The notes under the pieces: generated by a model
What the model saw: the letters and a program-made list of their open reading frames with translations, nothing else
The model's database searches: none
What the model was told of the DNA's origin: nothing
Made by a program: the position numbers and the translations under genes
Origin: Myxococcota bacterium
GTDB taxonomy: Bacteria; Myxococcota_A; UBA9160; SZUA-336
Direction: 5' to 3'
Length of the DNA: 64,000 nucleotides
Assembly (NCBI GenBank): GCA_965247115.1
Contig: CBDFGR010000003.1
Location: 608,821 to 672,820, forward strand
Shown here: piece after piece, positions 9,452 to 19,910 of the stretch
How the letters are laid out: the number at the start of each line of letters is the position of its first letter
Position numbering within the stretch: position 1 is the first letter of the stretch

Positions 9452-11163
9452 CAGTACTTGCGCTCCTCGGGCTCCCAGCGCGTCAGCGTAACGGGCTTGT
9501 AGCCAAGATCAGGCCCATCCGCAGAGAACTTGACGATGCTGTGTTTGAGCAGATCCGAGTCGTTTCGTGTCGGGAAATCCGTGCGCGTATGCGCTCCCCG
9601 GGACTCCTTACGCTGCTCCGCGCAGATTGCCACGGCCTCGGCCACGTCGATCATGTTGCCGAGCTCGAGCGCCTGCACGAGCTCCGTGTTGAACACCTTG
9701 CTTCCATCTTGCATCCCGAGGTCCGCATAGCGCCCCTTGAGCTGCACAACGGTATCGAACGTGGCGCGCATGGAGTCCTCCTCGCGGAAGACGCCACAAC
9801 CCGACTCCATCGTCAGGTTCAGCTCCCGCCGGAGCTGTGCCATGCTCTCGCCACCGGCCTTCGTGCGTAGCGCGTCCATGCGTGCCTCCTCCGCACGCGC
9901 CTGCTCCAGCAAGCTAGCCTCCCCCAGACTCGTCTCGCCGGCGGCGAACTCGACCGCGGCGGTCCCCGAGCGCGCACCGAACACCAGGCACTCGGTCAGC
10001 GAGTTGGAGCCGAGTCGGTTTGCCCCGTTGATCGAGACGGCGGCACACTCTCCGGCTGCGAACAGGCCCGCGAGCTCCGTTGCGCCGTTCACGTCGGTAT
10101 CCACTCCGCCCATCATGTAGTGCACGACCGGGCGGACGGGGATGGGCTCCCAGACCGGATCGATGCCGACGTAGCTCCGCGCCAGCTCGCGCACGAATGG
10201 CAGCTGCTTGTCGATCTTCGCTTCGCCGAGGTGGCGCAGGTCGAGATGAACGTATTCGCCGTAACGGCCCTTGAACCCGCGACCAGCCTCGAACTCCTTC
10301 ATGATCGCGCGCGACACCATGTCTCGCGGACCGAGCTCGGCCCTGTTCCCCACACCGTAATCGTAGTCGACCAGGAAGCGCTCGTCGGCGGCGTTCCGCA
10401 GGTAGCCTCCCTCTCCACGCGACGCCTCGGTCATGAGTATGCCCGTCCCCGGCAAGCCGGTCGGGTGGTACTGCACGAACTCCATGTCCTTCAGCCCGAC
10501 GCCGGCGCGATAGGCAAGCGCCATGCCGTCGCCCGTCTTCACGGCCGCGTTCGTCGTGAACGGGAAGATCTTGCCAGCACCACCGGTGCAGAGGATGACG
10601 GCGCGGCCGAGTACCGCGTGCATCTCTCCGCTGCGGATGTCGAACGCGGCGACGCCGCCGACGCGACCGCCGTCGACCAATAGTCGCGTCGCGAAGTACT
10701 CGTCGTAGCGCACGATCTGCTCGTACCGCATGGAGTGCTGAAACAGCGCATGCAACATATGAAAGCCGGTCTTGTCGGCCGCGAACCAGGTACGGTTCAC
10801 GCTCATGCCGCCGAAGGCGCGCACGGCAACCCGACCGTCGGGGGACCGGCTCCAGGGACAGCCCCAGTGTTCAAGCTGAACGAGCTCGCGCGGAGCGGCC
10901 TCGACGAACGTCTCGACCGTGTCCTGGTCCGCCAGGAAATCGCTGCCCTTGAGCGTGTCGTACGCGTGCAGTTCGAGGCTGTCGTCCGGTCCCACGGCGG
11001 CGGCCGCGCCTCCCTCTGCGGAGACCGTATGGCTGCGCATGGGATAGAGCTTGGAGACCATGGCAACGGAGAGAGCCGGGTTCGCCTCCACCGCCGCGAT
11101 CGCGGCGCGCAGCCCTGCACCGCCCCCACCGACCAGCACGATGTCGTGGCGGCTCACCTCCAC
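9451..11163 (-). CDS. frdA: fumarate reductase/succinate dehydrogenase flavoprotein subunit
   Basis: [26 protein letters not shown] (FAD-His) and [24 protein letters not shown] at 11163 is preceded by GGAAGGAG. The ATG at 11208 is an alternative start. Confidence 0.9.
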   Translation of the reverse strand: MEVSRHDIVLVGGGGAGLRAAIAAVEANPALSVAMVSKLYPMRSHTVSAEGGAAAAVGPDDSLELHAYDTLKGSDFLADQDTVETFVEAAPRELVQLEHWGCPWSRSPDGRVAVRAFGGMSVNRTWFAADKTGFHMLHALFQHSMRYEQIVRYDEYFATRLLVDGGRVGGVAAFDIRSGEMHAVLGRAVILCTGGAGKIFPFTTNAAVKTGDGMALAYRAGVGLKDMEFVQYHPTGLPGTGILMTEASRGEGGYLRNAADERFLVDYDYGVGNRAELGPRDMVSRAIMKEFEAGRGFKGRYGEYVHLDLRHLGEAKIDKQLPFVRELARSYVGIDPVWEPIPVRPVVHYMMGGVDTDVNGATELAGLFAAGECAAVSINGANRLGSNSLTECLVFGARSGTAAVEFAAGETSLGEASLLEQARAEEARMDALRTKAGGESMAQLRRELNLTMESGCGVFREEDSMRATFDTVVQLKGRYADLGMQDGSKVFNTELVQALELGNMIDVAEAVAICAEQRKESRGAHTRTDFPTRNDSDLLKHSIVKFSADGPDLGYKPVTLTRWEPEERKY

Positions 11164-11256
11164 CGGGACTCCTTCCCCCTCTCGCCGTCCTGTCGGCGGC
11201 GGGTGCATGCTACCCGATTCCCGATGCCCGTGTGCAAGACATGCGACAATGGCGGC

Positions 11257-11865
11257 ATGGCCACCCTCGAGTTCTTCTTCGACTGTTCCAGTCCCTGGAC
11301 CTACCTCGCGTTCCACCGCGTTGAGGAGCTCTGCAAGGAGGAGGGTGCCGAGCTCGTCTGGCGCCCGATTCTCGTTGGTGGGGTTTTCAATGAGGTAAAT
11401 CCGAGCGTGTACGAGCAAAGGGCCAACCCCGTCCCCGTCAAGGCGAGCTACAACGCAAAGGACCTGACCGACTGGGCCCGCCACTACGGCCTCGCGATCG
11501 GCCAGCCTCCGGTCTTCCCGGTAAACAGCGTCAAGGCCATGCGAGGGGCCTTCGTGGCAGAGAAGTCGGGGCGCCTGTCTGCCTACGCGCGGGCCGTGTT
11601 CGAGGCGTATTGGGGCGAGCTCGAGGACGTCTCTCAGGACGAAGTGCTGCGACGAATCGTCCGCCGCGTGGGAATCGACGAGACGGAGTTCTTCGATGGG
11701 ATCGCGCAGCAGGAGCAGAAGGACCGGCTGCGAGAGAACACCGCCGAGTTGATGCGGCGCGGCGGTTTCGGGTCGCCCACCATGTTCGTCGACGGCAAGG
11801 ACATGTACTTCGGGAACGATCGACTCGAGCTGGTGCGGGCCGCGCTACGACGGAACTCCGACTGA
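11257..11865 (+). CDS. 2-hydroxychromene-2-carboxylate isomerase / DsbA-like thioredoxin-fold protein
   Basis: [19 protein letters not shown]...[12 protein letters not shown]...[10 protein letters not shown] is the typical HCCA-isomerase family pattern. Confidence 0.75.
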   Translation: MATLEFFFDCSSPWTYLAFHRVEELCKEEGAELVWRPILVGGVFNEVNPSVYEQRANPVPVKASYNAKDLTDWARHYGLAIGQPPVFPVNSVKAMRGAFVAEKSGRLSAYARAVFEAYWGELEDVSQDEVLRRIVRRVGIDETEFFDGIAQQEQKDRLRENTAELMRRGGFGSPTMFVDGKDMYFGNDRLELVRAALRRNSD

Positions 11866-13014
11866 GGGAATACCAGGTCGGGGTGGGGAGTGGGATGAGC
11901 GGGATCTACTCGACTCCAGCTCTTGCCAGATCTCGTCCGGGTTCCGGGGTGGAGTCGGCCAGAATTCCTGGCTCGATTTCTCGGACTGGATGGAGTCGGA
12001 GATCAGGGCAAGATTTCGGGCAGGGGTGAGGTCGAGGAAGTACGTGATCTCGCGGCGCTGTTCCTCACTCAGCGTCGGTAGCAGCGAGGCTCTCAAGCGG
12101 CGTCGCAGTCGCTCCGGATCTCGGCCCACCTCGGTGCAGATCTGGCGAGAACCGGTCGCGGCCGTGCGCACCGTCCGAACTCGATCCGGGCAGCGAGCGG
12201 CCAGGGCGCGGGCCAGGTAGCCGCCCCAGCCGAAGCCGACGAGATCGACACGCTCCAGGCGCATGGCGTCGAGCAGGCGCTCGAGCTGGACTGCGAGGCG
12301 CGCGGAGCGAAGGCTGCGGACTCTGCGACGCGACGCACCGAAGCCCGGGAGGTCGATCGCAATGCCGCGGCGCCCGAAGCTCTCTGCCTTCGCGATCGTG
12401 TCCTCGAAGGCGAGCGAGGTGAGACCGATGTCGTGCAGGAAGAGCGCCGGAACGTCGTCCGCCGAACAGCCATGGTCTCGAAAGAAGACGCGGGTATCGC
12501 CCAGCTCGAGGTTGCCCCGCTCCCAGGGCCTCCCGTCGTCTGTCACCTCGCGCTCGCCCTCGAAGCGCAGGCGCAGCTTGCGCAGCGCCCGTCGATCGAA
12601 CGCACGCACGAGTGTCCGTGGTAAGCGCAGGGCAACGGCCGAGGCCAGATCGACGAGGGCCGGTGCCCCAGCGGGTGTGGCGAGGATGTTGCTGGGACTG
12701 CGCAGATCCAGGTGGAACACTCCGCGCTGCGCCAGCCCGTCGAGGATTCCCTCGAGGGCGGTGAAGAACGCGGGCGGGAGGGCGTGCCGATGCCGCCCGT
12801 CGAGGGGGAAGCCGTCGATGTACTCCATGGCAAGAGCCCAGCGGTCCAGACGCGTCGCGAACGCAGGCAGCCCGGGCAGACCAGCCACACGGGAGAGCAG
12901 CCGCAGCTCGTGGCGGAGCAACACCGGAGCTACACAGCTCCGTACCAGGGCCGAGCGAGGCGCGTAGTCCTTGACCACGACCGGCGGCCGCCCTTCGCGC
13001 GGAACGAGCAACAC
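11845..13014 (-). CDS. fusion protein: lipopolysaccharide-kinase/RIO-like kinase fold plus an alpha/beta-hydrolase fold lacking the nucleophile serine
   Basis: VVVKDY, HLDLRSPSNIL and LVDLA are kinase-like motifs. The C-terminal half is hydrolase-like, but the nucleophile elbow reads GFGWGG (12220-12237) instead of G-x-S-x-G. Confidence 0.55.
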   Translation of the reverse strand: MLLVPREGRPPVVVKDYAPRSALVRSCVAPVLLRHELRLLSRVAGLPGLPAFATRLDRWALAMEYIDGFPLDGRHRHALPPAFFTALEGILDGLAQRGVFHLDLRSPSNILATPAGAPALVDLASAVALRLPRTLVRAFDRRALRKLRLRFEGEREVTDDGRPWERGNLELGDTRVFFRDHGCSADDVPALFLHDIGLTSLAFEDTIAKAESFGRRGIAIDLPGFGASRRRVRSLRSARLAVQLERLLDAMRLERVDLVGFGWGGYLARALAARCPDRVRTVRTAATGSRQICTEVGRDPERLRRRLRASLLPTLSEEQRREITYFLDLTPARNLALISDSIQSEKSSQEFWPTPPRNPDEIWQELESSRSRSSHSPPRPGIPSVGVPS

Positions 13015-13079
13015 ATCGGGGTTGCCAAAGCCGCCACGGTTGAGGATGCGAACCCCAGGACGGGAGAGATCGCGGCGGT

Positions 13080-13649
13080 TCAGGGGAGCGCCCAGCGCGC
13101 GACGAGTGCGAGCATACCGAGGCCGACCCCCAGTGCGGTACCGATCTCGTGGTTGTCCGAGAAGCGAACGGCAGTCCAGCTCGTCTGCTCACTCTGGTCG
13201 GCGGCCAAAGGGACGTACGAGTGGATGCGCGGTAGGAGGCGCGGGACAGCCACCGCGTAGCGACGGAAGGCGTCCCCGTAGAGCGACTCCAGACGCGCGC
13301 CCTCGATGCGATCCTTGTATGGCACGTAGTAGCCGAAGTAGCCGAGCAGAAACGCGCCCAGCAGCAAGGAGGTAGCCGGAGTGGCAGCGATTGCGGCGAA
13401 GCCGGTGGCAATCAGCAGCGTGCCCAGGTAGAGCGGGTGACGTAGGTACGCGTAGGGCCCGGTCACGGTGAGCGCGTCGTTCTTCAGAAGGTGGCCGGTC
13501 GCCCAGAGCCGCAGCGCCTCGCCCAATGCAATCGGAACGGCTCCGAGCAGCAGGGACTGAGCTGTCGGCCGGGCCAGCCACAACATGGCAAGCGCCAGCA
13601 CGTACACCGCCAGCAGCCGCGGCTGGAGCCGTTTTCGTAGCGCGCGCAT
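13080..13649 (-). CDS. ICMT/PEMT-family membrane methyltransferase
   Basis: Multi-TM protein with GPYAYLRHPLYLG, matching the GxYxxxRHPxYxG motif of isoprenylcysteine/phospholipid methyltransferases. Confidence 0.7.
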   Translation of the reverse strand: MRALRKRLQPRLLAVYVLALAMLWLARPTAQSLLLGAVPIALGEALRLWATGHLLKNDALTVTGPYAYLRHPLYLGTLLIATGFAAIAATPATSLLLGAFLLGYFGYYVPYKDRIEGARLESLYGDAFRRYAVAVPRLLPRIHSYVPLAADQSEQTSWTAVRFSDNHEIGTALGVGLGMLALVARWALP

Positions 13650-13680
13650 CGGCGCCTAAGGTAGCACTGCTCCCCGCTTC

Positions 13681-14241
13681 TCAGAAGCTGAGCGCAGCGT
13701 GCTCCGAGGGCAGGGAGGACGCGAGAGTTCGGCGTGCGCGATACAGACCCGACTTCACCGCGTCTTCGCTGCGGTTCATCGTCGACGCGATCTTTCGGAT
13801 CTGCAGCCGCTCAGCGTGGCGCAGCTCGAGCATCCGTTGCTGATCGGGGGGCAGGTGCTCGATCGCTCTCTGTACGTAGCGCAACGCCTCGCGCGCTTCG
13901 GCCCGAGGTCCGGGCCCCGGGTCGAGTGGCGTGGCTTCAAGCGGCAGGTTCTCGAGCGGGACCAGCCGGGCACGGGCCCGGCGCCGCAGCCGATTATTGA
14001 GAATGTTGCGGGCGATGCCGTAAATCCAGACCACCAGGTCCGAGCGTCCCTGGAAGCGATGAACGCCACAATAGACCGCCTCGAACACCTCCTGGGCCAC
14101 ATCCTCTGCCTCGACAGGCTCGCCCAGCCTCCGCACCGCAAAGCGATGGATGCGGCCGTAGTAGCTCCGGTAGAGCTCCTCGAAGGCCCTCGCTTCGCCC
14201 TGGCGAATGCGCCTCACCAGCCTGCGGTCGCTCTCTTTCAC
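13681..14241 (-). CDS. ECF-type RNA polymerase sigma-70 family factor
   Basis: GTG at 14241. AFEELYRSYYGRIHRFAVRRL...EDVAQEVF (region 2) and LPPDQQRMLELRHAERLQIRKIAS (region 4). Confidence 0.85.
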   Translation of the reverse strand: MKESDRRLVRRIRQGEARAFEELYRSYYGRIHRFAVRRLGEPVEAEDVAQEVFEAVYCGVHRFQGRSDLVVWIYGIARNILNNRLRRRARARLVPLENLPLEATPLDPGPGPRAEAREALRYVQRAIEHLPPDQQRMLELRHAERLQIRKIASTMNRSEDAVKSGLYRARRTLASSLPSEHAALSF

Positions 14242-14426
14242 GCTGCACTCACCCCGCGTCAGGAACGAGCAAACCCCGTGCCAACAGTGGCGCAGCAGCG
14301 GCGCGCAGCGCGCCCGTCTATGTGCGCGATTCTCCGACGCCTTGGCAGTGCGGGGCGGAGCGCGGGTTCTGCGGTGAGAAGAGGAGTTCCCATTCTGGGG
14401 AACCCGAGCTCTCCCCACACTCCGCG

Positions 14427-14900
14427 CTAGAGCTTGTCCGGGGTGAGGAGCCAGACGCCGTCGAGGCGCTTCCAAGTGTCGACGCGCTTGACCTCGATAT
14501 CCCACAGCCAGAGCCTTCTCTGGTACGGGCCGGTCAGGATCACTTCCACCACAGCCTCGTCGGGACCGTCGAAGTGGAACTCGCTGACGATGACCTTCCG
14601 CGGACGCGTGTTCATTATGTTCTGCCGCCGCACCTGGTTAGCCAGCGACGAGTAGTAGTCCATGTAGGCGCTCTCGGAGCCAAAGAAGGTGCGCAGCGCC
14701 GGATTCTCGAAGGTCATGACTGCGTCGATGGGCGTATTCTCGAACACGGAATAGAAGCTCTCGATCCGCTCCGAGAATCGGGCGACATCCATCACGTCCA
14801 CCTCGGGAGAGGAGACCGGAGCGCTGCCGCCGCCGAAGCAGCCGAGCAGCAACACGATGAGCAGCGCTAGCCCAGCGTGTGCCTGACTCACTTGCCTCAC
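14427..14900 (-). CDS. hypothetical lipoprotein
   Basis: Signal peptide with an LLLGC lipobox. ATGA overlap with the ppdK stop. Confidence 0.6.
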   Translation of the reverse strand: MRQVSQAHAGLALLIVLLLGCFGGGSAPVSSPEVDVMDVARFSERIESFYSVFENTPIDAVMTFENPALRTFFGSESAYMDYYSSLANQVRRQNIMNTRPRKVIVSEFHFDGPDEAVVEVILTGPYQRRLWLWDIEVKRVDTWKRLDGVWLLTPDKL

Positions 14901-17626
14901 CTCGTAGGAGTGACGGCCTGGGCGGACGCCAGTCGCGCGATCGGAACGCGGAAAGGCGAGCAGCTCACGTAGTCGAAGCCCGCGCGCTCGCAGAACTCGA
15001 TCGTTCGCGGCTCCCCTCCATGCTCGCCGCAGATTCCAACCTTGAGGTCGGGCCGGGTCGCCCGTCCCTGTGCCAGGCCGTACTCGACGAGCGCGCCCAC
15101 GCCCTCGACGTCGAGCGTGACAAAGGGATCCTCCGGCAAGAGGGCGCGATCCACGTAGATCGGCAGGAAGCGACTGGAGTCGTCCCGGGACAGGCCCAGC
15201 GTCATCTGGGTGAGATCGTTGGTACCAAACGAGAAGAACTCCGCCGAGTGGGCGATGGATCCCGCGACCAGCGCCGCGCGCGGCACCTCGATCATGGTGC
15301 CCACGCTGTAGCGGATACGGCGCCCGCGCTCCTTCAGCACGACAGCCGCAGTGGCATCGATGAGCTCCCGCAGGGCGGCCAGCTCGGCAGCCCCGGAGAT
15401 GAGGGGCAGCATGATCTCGGGTCGGGTGCGGATGCGTTCTGCCGCGCAGTCACAGGCCGCCTCTACGATCGCGCGCGTCTGCATCTCGTAGATCTCCGGA
15501 TAGGTAATGGCGAGCCGCGAGCCTCGGTGACCGAGCATCGGATTGAACTCGTGCAACGCCGCCACCTTGCGCTCCAAGTCTGCGACCGAGCTTCCGAGAT
15601 CCGCCGCGAGCGTCGACATCTCGTCTTTCGTCTGCGGCAGGAACTCGTGGAGGGGCGGATCCAGCAGGCGAATCGTGACCGGGCGGCCTCCCATGGCCCG
15701 AAAAATCCCGAAGAAGTCGTCGCGTTGCATCGGCAGGATCTCGGCCAGCGCGTCGGCCCGCTCCTCGGCGGACTGGGAGAGGATCATGCGGCGCACCGCC
15801 AGGATCCTCTCCGACTGGAAGAACATGTGCTCCGTCCGGCACAGGCCGATCCCCTGAGCACCGAAGCGCACGGCCGCCTCTGCATCCGCCGGTGTGTCGG
15901 CGTTGGCTCGAACTTGCATGCGTCGGATACCGTCCGCCCAGCGGAGCAGGCGCTGGAACTCCACGCTCAGCTCGGCCTCCAGCGTCGGCACCTCCCCCTT
16001 GAAGATGTTGCCCGTCGATCCGTCCAGAGTGATCACGTCGGTCTCGGTCAGCTCGATGCCGCCCAGGATCGCGATCCGGCGCTCGATGTCGATCGAGAGC
16101 TCCGAGCAGCCGCTCACGCATGACTTACCCATGCCGCGTGCAACGACCGCCGCGTGCGAGGTCATCCCGCCCTGCGCCGTCAGGATGCCGCGCGCGGCGT
16201 GCATACCGTGGATGTCCTCGGGCGAAGTCTCTCGACGCACCAGGATGACATGCTCCCCGCTCTCCGCGGCATCCTTCGCGTCGTCGGAGCTGAAAACCAG
16301 GCGACCGCTTGCCGCACCGGGCGAGGCGGGCAAGCCGCGGCCGATGGGGGGAGGGGCTCCCCGTGAATCGAGGGTCGGGTGCAGGAGCTGCTCGAGCTGC
16401 TCGGGCTCCACGCGGCCCACCGCGGTGCGCTTATCGATCAGGCCCTCGCGGACCATGTCGACGGCGATCTTCACCGCTGCACGGGCGGTGCGTTTTCCGC
16501 TTCGAGTCTGCAGCAGCCATAGCGTGCCGCGCTGGATGGTGAACTCGAGGTCCTGCATGTCCGTGTAATGGCGTTCCAGGAGCTTCGCCACGCGCCCGAA
16601 CTCCCGGTAGGAACGCCCCATCGCCTCCTGAAGAGACGGTGGATCCCCCAGCTTGCTATCGCGCTTGGTAATGGGATGCGGCGTGCGGATACCCGCCACC
16701 ACGTCCTCTCCCTGCGCGCGTGGCAGGTACTCTCCGAACAGGCGACGCGCCCCCGTCGACGGGTCGCGAGTGAAGGCAACGCCGGTGGCAGAGTCCTCTC
16801 CAAGGTTGCCGAACACCATGGCTTGTACGTTGACCGCAGTTCCCCACTCATCGGGAATCCGATTGAGCTTGCGGTACGTGACCGCGCGCTGGGTGTGCCA
16901 GGACTCGAACACGGCGGAGATCGCGCCCCACAGCTGGTCCATCGGGTCGGCCGGGAAGTCGCGCCCGGTCTCGCGCCGTACGATCCGTTTGTACGCCGTG
17001 ATCAGCTGCTCCAGATCAGCGCTGTCGAGCTCGGTATCCAGCTCCGCTCCGCTGACCTTCTTCCTTGCTTCGAGCTCGTCCTCGAAGAGCCCGTGCTCGA
17101 CGCTGAGCACCACGTCGCCATACATCTGGATGAAGCGACGGTAGCTGTCGAGAGCAAAGCGACGATCCCCGCTCTCGCGAGCCAGGCCCTGCACCGTGAG
17201 ATCGTTCAGGCCGAGGTTCAAGACGGTGTCCATCATGCCGGGCATGGAGACACGAGCCCCGGAGCGAACGGAGACGAGCAGCGGGTGTTCGGCGTCGCCG
17301 AAGCTGCCGCCCATCGCCTTCTCCACGCGGGACAACCCCTCGAGGACCTCCTTCTTGAGAGCGGCCGAGAGGGTGTGACCGGAACGGAAGAATTCCACGG
17401 AGACCGAGGTCGCGATTGTGAAGCCAGCGGGCACCGGAACGCCCAGCCGTGTCATCTCGGCCAGATTGGCGCCTTTTCCGCCCAGCAGATCTCGCTGAGA
17501 CGCCCTCCCCTCCGCGCGACCTGCGCCGAAGAAGTAGACCCGTCTGTCGGCTTTCCGCCTGGCGGGCGCCGGGCGCTTGCGAGAGCCCTTCTTTCGGCCG
17601 GCACTCGCCTTCTTGCGTCTGGCCAA
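14897..17626 (-). CDS. ppdK: pyruvate, phosphate dikinase
   Basis: YFFGAGRAEG..., GGMTSHAAVVARGMG (phospho-His) and the PEP-utilizer C-terminus GICGEHGGEP. The TTG at 17626 is preceded by AAGGGAGG, and the longest ORF (to 17662) would overlap recO. The N-terminus is strongly basic. Confidence 0.9.
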   Translation of the reverse strand: MARRKKASAGRKKGSRKRPAPARRKADRRVYFFGAGRAEGRASQRDLLGGKGANLAEMTRLGVPVPAGFTIATSVSVEFFRSGHTLSAALKKEVLEGLSRVEKAMGGSFGDAEHPLLVSVRSGARVSMPGMMDTVLNLGLNDLTVQGLARESGDRRFALDSYRRFIQMYGDVVLSVEHGLFEDELEARKKVSGAELDTELDSADLEQLITAYKRIVRRETGRDFPADPMDQLWGAISAVFESWHTQRAVTYRKLNRIPDEWGTAVNVQAMVFGNLGEDSATGVAFTRDPSTGARRLFGEYLPRAQGEDVVAGIRTPHPITKRDSKLGDPPSLQEAMGRSYREFGRVAKLLERHYTDMQDLEFTIQRGTLWLLQTRSGKRTARAAVKIAVDMVREGLIDKRTAVGRVEPEQLEQLLHPTLDSRGAPPPIGRGLPASPGAASGRLVFSSDDAKDAAESGEHVILVRRETSPEDIHGMHAARGILTAQGGMTSHAAVVARGMGKSCVSGCSELSIDIERRIAILGGIELTETDVITLDGSTGNIFKGEVPTLEAELSVEFQRLLRWADGIRRMQVRANADTPADAEAAVRFGAQGIGLCRTEHMFFQSERILAVRRMILSQSAEERADALAEILPMQRDDFFGIFRAMGGRPVTIRLLDPPLHEFLPQTKDEMSTLAADLGSSVADLERKVAALHEFNPMLGHRGSRLAITYPEIYEMQTRAIVEAACDCAAERIRTRPEIMLPLISGAAELAALRELIDATAAVVLKERGRRIRYSVGTMIEVPRAALVAGSIAHSAEFFSFGTNDLTQMTLGLSRDDSSRFLPIYVDRALLPEDPFVTLDVEGVGALVEYGLAQGRATRPDLKVGICGEHGGEPRTIEFCERAGFDYVSCSPFRVPIARLASAQAVTPTR

Positions 17627-17628
17627 GC

Positions 17629-18513
17629 CTACGACCTCCCTTGCGGATGCGGGCCGACCCACTCCGGACTCTGGTGTGCTCCCCCGCCCCCCTCCGAAGC
17701 GAGACTGGTCTGGGCGCGCGCAGTATCTCCGGGCCTCGCGCCGCCGTCAACCACTCTCGCCTCCTCGAGGACCTGTGCCAGAAAGCGGCCCGTACGCAGC
17801 TCGAAGCCGATGTGGAACTGAAAGAAGCGCCGCATCAGAAGCTCGGCCCGGCGCACGTCGGCCTCGCTGAGGCCCAGCACGCCGCGCTCCTTGAGCGGAG
17901 TGCGGATCCCCCACTCCAGGGCGGTGAGCAGGTCCGTCGGAGCTCGGAGCACCTCGTCCGTACGACAGGTCGGGCACACCGCTCCACCCTGCCGGGGATC
18001 GAAGCCCACCTCGCCTCCGCCAGGGAGCTCGCTCCCGCACAGCGCGCAGCGCTCGAGCTGCGGACGATACCCCAGGCGAGCGAGGGTCTTCGCGAGCACC
18101 AGCACGGCCAGCAGCCGGTCCGCCTCAGACTCCGAAATCACGTCGAGCGCCCCGATCCCGAAGCGCAGCAGGTCGGACGCCGGCTCACGCTCCGCGGTCA
18201 AGCGGTCGAGCAGCTCGACCAGCTGGCAGGCGATCGCATAGCGCGGCAGCGAGTCGACGAGGCCTCCAAACGAGCCCACCAGCTTCGCGCTCTCCAGTCG
18301 CATGAGGGACGAGCGGGGCGGATCCACGATACGCACATCGAGCACACTGAACACCTCGAGCGTGCCAGGAAAGCGCCGCCTCGAGCGCCGTGCGCCCTTG
18401 GCAATCGCGGAGACACGTCCGAGCTCCTCCGTATACAGATGAACGAGGCGGTCGGACTCTCCGTGGTCGAAGGTCCGCAGGACCAGGGCGCGCGTTCGAT
18501 ACTCCAGGGGCAC
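17629..18513 (-). CDS. recO: DNA repair protein RecO
   Basis: RALVLRTFDHGESDRLVHLYTEELGRVSAIAKGARRS... and the Zn motif CALCGSE...CPTC. Confidence 0.85.
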   Translation of the reverse strand: MPLEYRTRALVLRTFDHGESDRLVHLYTEELGRVSAIAKGARRSRRRFPGTLEVFSVLDVRIVDPPRSSLMRLESAKLVGSFGGLVDSLPRYAIACQLVELLDRLTAEREPASDLLRFGIGALDVISESEADRLLAVLVLAKTLARLGYRPQLERCALCGSELPGGGEVGFDPRQGGAVCPTCRTDEVLRAPTDLLTALEWGIRTPLKERGVLGLSEADVRRAELLMRRFFQFHIGFELRTGRFLAQVLEEARVVDGGARPGDTARAQTSLASEGGGGAHQSPEWVGPHPQGRS

Positions 18514-18566
18514 CCGCAGATCGTCGCCCGTGGCTGCCCGACCTGCAATGCCCGCGTGCTAGAGCA

Positions 18567-19910
18567 TCACAGCAGCAGGGTGGCGATCAGACAGAAGCTC
18601 AGGATGCCCGCGACGTCGATCGAGGTCGTGACGAAGGGGCCGGAGGCCACGGCGGGATCGGCTCCAGCGCGACTCAGGAGTAGCGGGAGTAGCGTCCCGA
18701 GCGTCGCCGCGATGACCATGGAGGCGAAGATGCTGAGCCCGACGACGGCGGGGAAGCTCGAGGACCCATAGCCGAGCAGAACGGCGAAGCCCGCCAGGCC
18801 CACGCCAAAGGTGAGGGCGAGCAGGAGGCTGGTCCCGACCTCCTGTGCGGCAATGCGCCCGACGGAGCGGAGCTGGAAGTGGCCGGTTGCGATACCGCGC
18901 ACGACCACCATGGAGCACTGACTGCCGATGTTGCCTCCCATCGCCAGCACGATGGGCAGGAAGAACGCGATCTGGAGCGTCTGGCTGAGCAGGCCCTCGA
19001 AGCGCGCGAGCAGGTAAATGCCGAGGAAGCCGCCGATGAAGCTGGCACCGAGCCAGGGAAAGCGGATCCAGGCACCGCGCAGCACGCCGGGAAAGTGGAT
19101 CTCCTCGGCGGTGGTTCCCGCGAGCTTGAGAATGTCCTCGGTGGCCTCGTCGCGGATGACGTCGATGACGTCGTCCACCGTCACGACGCCGACCAGCTGG
19201 TTTGCAGCATCGACGACAGGGATCGCGAGCAGGTCGTAGCGCGCGACGACCTGGGCCACCTCCTCCTGATCCGTCTCGGTGGTGACGCGGATCGGCTCTG
19301 CGACCATCAGGTCGCGCAGCTGCTTGTCGGGTGGCTGCACGATCAGCTGACGCAGGGACAGCACCCCGACCAGGTGACCACGGTCGTCGACCACGTAGAC
19401 GTAGAAGCTGGCCTCGTGGTCGCCGTGCCGCTGCAGCCGCTCGATGGCCTCCTTGACCGAGATCGTCTCGGGCAGGGCGAAGTACTCCGGTGACATGATC
19501 GAGCCGGCGGAGTCGGCCGGGTGCCCCAGGAGCACCTCGATGTCCTCCGAGAGCTCGCCGAGACAGGCGAGAATCTCGTCGGCCGCCTCGCGGGGCAGCT
19601 CGCGAAGCAGCTCCGCCGCATCGTCGGGCGGCATGGGCTTCACCAGCTCCGCCGCGACAGCGGCGTCGAGGTCCGCCATCAGCTCGGCCCGCGCCGGCAC
19701 CTCGAGCAGGGCGAGCACGTCGGCGCGGATCTCGTTCCCGCGAATCAGATCGAAGACGGCGCGCCGGTCCGCGCTCATCAGCTGATCCAGCACGCGGGCG
19801 ATGTCCGCCGGGTGGCTCTTGGCCAGCAGGCGGCCAGCGTGTCCCCATGCGCCACGGCGCACGAGCCGGAGCAGGCTGGCCTGCAGCACGCTGCCTCGTC
19901 GATCGGTCAT
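18567..19910 (-). CDS. mgtE: magnesium transporter MgtE
   Basis: MgtE N-domain, CBS pair, and TM domain with GNIGSQ and AGADPAVASGPFVTTSIDV. Confidence 0.9.
   Translation of the reverse strand: MTDRRGSVLQASLLRLVRRGAWGHAGRLLAKSHPADIARVLDQLMSADRRAVFDLIRGNEIRADVLALLEVPARAELMADLDAAVAAELVKPMPPDDAAELLRELPREAADEILACLGELSEDIEVLLGHPADSAGSIMSPEYFALPETISVKEAIERLQRHGDHEASFYVYVVDDRGHLVGVLSLRQLIVQPPDKQLRDLMVAEPIRVTTETDQEEVAQVVARYDLLAIPVVDAANQLVGVVTVDDVIDVIRDEATEDILKLAGTTAEEIHFPGVLRGAWIRFPWLGASFIGGFLGIYLLARFEGLLSQTLQIAFFLPIVLAMGGNIGSQCSMVVVRGIATGHFQLRSVGRIAAQEVGTSLLLALTFGVGLAGFAVLLGYGSSSFPAVVGLSIFASMVIAATLGTLLPLLLSRAGADPAVASGPFVTTSIDVAGILSFCLIATLLL

Noticed and set aside
12065-13411. 448-aa minus-strand ORF overlapping the kinase-like fusion gene and the ICMT gene in another frame
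   Set aside because: The product is Arg/Pro/Ala-rich. The competing frames contain clear family motifs (HLDLRSPSNIL, RHPLYLG).
14879-17821. 414-aa and 417-aa plus-strand ORFs (14879-16123, 16568-17821)
   Set aside because: Both are antisense to ppdK, whose translation carries all dikinase motifs.
18559-19848. 429-aa minus-strand ORF overlapping mgtE in another frame
   Set aside because: The composition is Arg/Gly/Pro-dominated. The mgtE frame has CBS and TM motifs.
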